Source of the DNA: Halarcobacter sp.
Lineage (GTDB): Bacteria; Campylobacterota; Campylobacteria; Campylobacterales; Arcobacteraceae
Assembly (NCBI GenBank): GCA_963676565.1
Contig: OY781089.1
Coordinates: forward strand, 3,200,001-3,264,000
Direction of reading: 5' to 3'
DNA length: 64,000 nucleotides
Below are positions 60,799-64,000 of the stretch, piece by piece. The notes beneath the pieces were generated by a model. It worked only from the letters and a program-made list of their open reading frames with translations, ran no database searches and was not told where the DNA came from. The translations under genes and the position numbers were made by a program. Each line of letters begins with the position of its first letter. Position 1 is the stretch's first letter.

Positions 60799-63606
60799 TT
60801 ACGCTTTGTAAATTTTTACTGCACATTTTTTAAAGTCTGTTTGTTTTGATTGCGGACAAGTAGCATCTAAACAAACTTTATTAATAAATACTTTTTCATC
60901 AAACCATGGAACAAATACTAATCCTCTTGAAGGTCTATTTCTTCCTCTAGTTTCTACTCTTGCTTTAACTTTTCCACGTCTAGATTCAACCCAGCAAAGT
61001 CCACCTTGTGAAACTCCATATTTTTTAGCATCTTCTGGATGCATATAACATAATGCTTCTGGAACTGCTCTATATAATTCTGGAACTCTCATTGTCATTG
61101 TTCCACTATGCCAGTGTTCTAAAACTCTACCTGTACTCATCCATACTGGATACTCTGTATCTGGTTTTTCTGGTGGATCCATATATGGACGTGCGAAGAT
61201 TTTTGCTTTATTTTTTAATGATTTTTTAGTTTTATCTTTAATACCTGTTAAATCACCTTGTGCAAGTGCTTTAGCTAATGTACCATAGAATGCAAACTCA
61301 GTGTGTCCAGTTTCTTTTCCATATTTTTTTGCATATGGATCGTATTTAGTATTAAATCTCCATTGAGTCTCTTTACCATCAACAACTGGCCATTTTAAAC
61401 CTCTTACTTTATGATATGTATCAAAGTCAGCTAAATCGTGTGCATGTCCTCGTCCAAAGTTCGCATACTCTTCAAATAGATATTTTTGGATATGGAAACC
61501 ATAACCTTTCCAAACTTCTCCATCACTTCCTTTAACATTTCTACTATCACCTAATGCATCAGTATCGTCAAAACCTGCATTAATTGGGTCTTCCATATCT
61601 TTTGGATATTTTTCTCCACCTTGTTTATATAATATTTCAAACATTGTTGTGTTTTCGTCATATCCCATTTTTTTAGCTTCTGCAATTACATTTGGAAGTT
61701 TTTTACCATTTCTTAGAGTGTATTCACCCCATAAATCTTTAACAGTAAATCTTTTTGAAAGTTCAACCCATTGCCATGTATCTGACATTGCATCACCAAC
61801 TGGTAATACTTGTTGTCTCCAGTGTTGAGTTCTTCTTTCAGCATTTCCATATGCTCCCCATTTTTCATAAATCATTGCTGATGGTAAAATAAGGTCAGAT
61901 ACTTTTGCTGATATACCTGGATATCCATCTGAAGTTACAATGAAGTTATCCATTTGTCTTGCAGCTTTAATCCAGTGAGTTGCACTTGCTGTATCTTGAT
62001 AAGGGTTACATACATTTACCCAAGCAAATTTAACTACACCATCTTCAATATCTCTATGGATTTTCATAATGTGTTGATTTCCTACAGGATTTAAAGTACC
62101 TTCAGGAATTTTCCATGATTTTTCAACAATTTTTCTATGTTTACCATTTGCTACCATCATATCAGCTGGTAATCTGTGACAGAAAGTTCCAACTTCTCTT
62201 GCTGTACCACAAGCACTTGGTTGACCAGTTAGTGAAAATGCACCTGAACCTGGTTTTGCCTGTTTATTTAATAAGAAGTGAACATTATATGCTAAAGTAT
62301 TTACCCAAGTACCTCTTGTGTGTTGGTTCATACCCATAGTCCAGAAAGATACTACTTTTCTTGATTTTTCAATATATAATGAAGCTAATGTTTGAAGTTT
62401 TTGTTTAAACTCTTCAAGTGACTCATCAGGGTTACCTTTTGAAATTTTTGCCACATAATCTAATGTATAAGGATCTAAGAATTTTTTATACTCTTCAAAT
62501 GAGATTTCCCAGTGCTTTAATCCAGCTGGTTTATTAACCATTTCATCTCCGGCTTTATATCCATAAGGTGCTAGTGCAGGAGCTTCTGTTTCAGAAACTA
62601 TTTTTTTCATCTCTTTAGAGATTGTTTCCATCTCTTTATCTGAATATTTACCATCTTTAAGTGATTTTTCACCTTCTCTTCTCATACCATAACCCATATT
62701 AACAGGACTTGCTGCAAAAACAATATGTTTTTTAACAAAATCCCAATCAATTGCTTCAGGATGGTTATATACAATCTCTCTTGCAATATAGTTCCATAAA
62801 GCTAAGTCAGTATTTGGAGTAAAGATAATCTCCATATCAGCTAAATCTGATGTTCTATGTCTATAAGTTGAAATATTTACAACTTTTACATTTTTTGGAT
62901 CAGATAATTTTCTATCCGTTACCCTTGACCATAAAATTGGGTGCATCTCAGCCATATTTGATCCCCAAGATACAACAGTGTCAGTTAACTCAATATCATC
63001 ATAACATCCTGATGGTTCATCAATACCAAAAGTTTGATAGAAACCAACAACAGCAGATGCCATACAGTGTCTTGCATTTGGATCAATTGCATTTGATCTA
63101 AATCCACCTTTCATCATCTTTTGTGCTGCATAACCTTCCATAACTGTATATTGCCCAGAAGCAAATACCCCTACTCCCTCAGGTCCACTAGCTTTAAGTG
63201 CTTTTTTGATGTGAACTTCCATCTCATCAAATGCTCTTTGCCAAGAAACTGGTGCGAATTTACCATTTTTGTCAAATTCACCTTTTGCATTTACTCTTAA
63301 TAATGGAGTTTTTAATCTATCTGCCCCATACATAATTTTTGCATTAAAATAACCTTTAATACAGTTAAGACCTCTATTAACTGGTGCTGCTGGATCTCCT
63401 TTAACTGCAACGATTCGTCCATTTTTCGTTGCCATCATAATTCCACAACCTGTACCACAAAATCTACAAGCTGCTTTGTCCCATCGCCAACCAGCTTCTG
63501 CTTGATTTGAAGCTGCTTGTAAATTACTTGGAACTGACATACCAACTGCTGCTGCTGCAGAAGCTGCTGCCGAACTTTTTAGAAAATCTCTTCTTGAAAG
63601 TGCCAT
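60799..63606 (-). CDS. napA: Periplasmic nitrate reductase catalytic subunit
   Basis: Tat signal SRRDFLK from ATG 63606, [26 protein letters not shown]. Confidence 0.98.
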   Translation of the reverse strand: MALSRRDFLKSSAAASAAAAVGMSVPSNLQAASNQAEAGWRWDKAACRFCGTGCGIMMATKNGRIVAVKGDPAAPVNRGLNCIKGYFNAKIMYGADRLKTPLLRVNAKGEFDKNGKFAPVSWQRAFDEMEVHIKKALKASGPEGVGVFASGQYTVMEGYAAQKMMKGGFRSNAIDPNARHCMASAVVGFYQTFGIDEPSGCYDDIELTDTVVSWGSNMAEMHPILWSRVTDRKLSDPKNVKVVNISTYRHRTSDLADMEIIFTPNTDLALWNYIAREIVYNHPEAIDWDFVKKHIVFAASPVNMGYGMRREGEKSLKDGKYSDKEMETISKEMKKIVSETEAPALAPYGYKAGDEMVNKPAGLKHWEISFEEYKKFLDPYTLDYVAKISKGNPDESLEEFKQKLQTLASLYIEKSRKVVSFWTMGMNQHTRGTWVNTLAYNVHFLLNKQAKPGSGAFSLTGQPSACGTAREVGTFCHRLPADMMVANGKHRKIVEKSWKIPEGTLNPVGNQHIMKIHRDIEDGVVKFAWVNVCNPYQDTASATHWIKAARQMDNFIVTSDGYPGISAKVSDLILPSAMIYEKWGAYGNAERRTQHWRQQVLPVGDAMSDTWQWVELSKRFTVKDLWGEYTLRNGKKLPNVIAEAKKMGYDENTTMFEILYKQGGEKYPKDMEDPINAGFDDTDALGDSRNVKGSDGEVWKGYGFHIQKYLFEEYANFGRGHAHDLADFDTYHKVRGLKWPVVDGKETQWRFNTKYDPYAKKYGKETGHTEFAFYGTLAKALAQGDLTGIKDKTKKSLKNKAKIFARPYMDPPEKPDTEYPVWMSTGRVLEHWHSGTMTMRVPELYRAVPEALCYMHPEDAKKYGVSQGGLCWVESRRGKVKARVETRGRNRPSRGLVFVPWFDEKVFINKVCLDATCPQSKQTDFKKCAVKIYKA

Positions 63607-63642
63607 TTCCTCTCCTTTAATGAAATTGTTTTCAAACAAGTA

Positions 63643-63651
63643 ATTCTAACA
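63643..63651 (-). promoter_or_regulatory. Extended -10 TGTTAGAAT of napA
   Basis: Hexamer lies 23 nt from the proximal palindrome. Confidence 0.6.
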
Positions 63652-63671
63652 ATTAAGTAAAGGTTTATTTC

Positions 63672-63685
63672 TTGACCTGTGTCAA
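63672..63685. promoter_or_regulatory. Crp/Fnr-family (Nss-type) box TTGAC-N4-GTCAA, proximal
   Basis: ttgacctgtgtcaa, centred about -42 from the predicted napA transcription start. Confidence 0.78.
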
Positions 63686-63757
63686 ATTTTTTAAAAAGTT
63701 TTTATTCTTTTCAGATACCATAAATTAGGGATTTTAAACTATTATTTTTTTGTGAAG

Positions 63758-63777
63758 AAATTGACTTAAGTCAATTT
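63758..63777. promoter_or_regulatory. Crp/Fnr-family (Nss-type) box, distal; perfect 20-bp palindrome
   Basis: aaattgacttaagtcaattt. Confidence 0.78.
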
Positions 63778-63814
63778 TTTTTGGAAAAAAAGTGGTTATA
63801 ATTTATGTAAAAAT

Positions 63815-63859
63815 AAAACCGATATCCTCTTTATTCAAAGTTTTAATATCGGTTTTTTT
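63815..63859. terminator. Bidirectional terminator-like hairpin
   Basis: aaaaccgatat-N20-atatcggtttt with U-rich tails on both strands. Confidence 0.7.
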
Positions 63860-63860
63860 C

Positions 63861-64000
63861 TTAAGCTTTTTTATCAATACTACAACTAGACAATAACTTA
63901 TCTAATTCTGCTTTTAAATCCTGTAGTTTTTTTGTTGATTTTAATAATTCTTCAGTTGATTCAATTACTATATCTTCACTTTTATCAATCTGATTCATTA
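63861..64000 (-). CDS. 3' end of a gene entering from outside the window (helical C-terminus)
   Basis: Open frame ...MNQIDKSEDIVIESTEELLKSTKKLQDLKAELDKLLSSCSIDKKA* followed by a terminator hairpin. Confidence 0.6.
   Translation of the reverse strand, partial: MNQIDKSEDIVIESTEELLKSTKKLQDLKAELDKLLSSCSIDKKA

Overview
AT-rich chromosomal window from a Campylobacterota bacterium, most consistent with Arcobacteraceae (inferred from gene order and protein style). It holds a flagellar/chemotaxis cluster (two tandem flgE-family genes, flgD, fliN, fliH, fliG, fliF, flgB, flgF-like, cheZ, cheY, divergent flgG plus two uncharacterised genes) and housekeeping genes (ffh-rpsP-khpA-rimM, waaA, glyQ, purE, U32 protein, recN, NAD kinase, rpsL-rpsG-fusA). 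It also has two chemoreceptors, an ankyrin protein, a four-SPOR-domain protein, three uptake systems (Pot-like ABC, FecCD-type ABC, NikKMLQO-type ECF) and the nap operon. No mobile element, CRISPR array, tRNA or rRNA was seen. The most interesting signals are non-coding: (1) a 2 x 108-bp tandem structured element with six compensatory base-pair changes between the fusA stop codon and its terminator; (2) a GC-enriched multi-hairpin rpsL leader; (3) two Crp/Fnr(Nss)-type boxes upstream of napA, the distal one positioned to drive a possible divergent ~50-nt sRNA; (4) a 63-bp-period direct repeat upstream of an MCP; (5) a probable ATT start codon on the DUF234-type gene. All product calls come from motif recognition by eye; no database searches were run.
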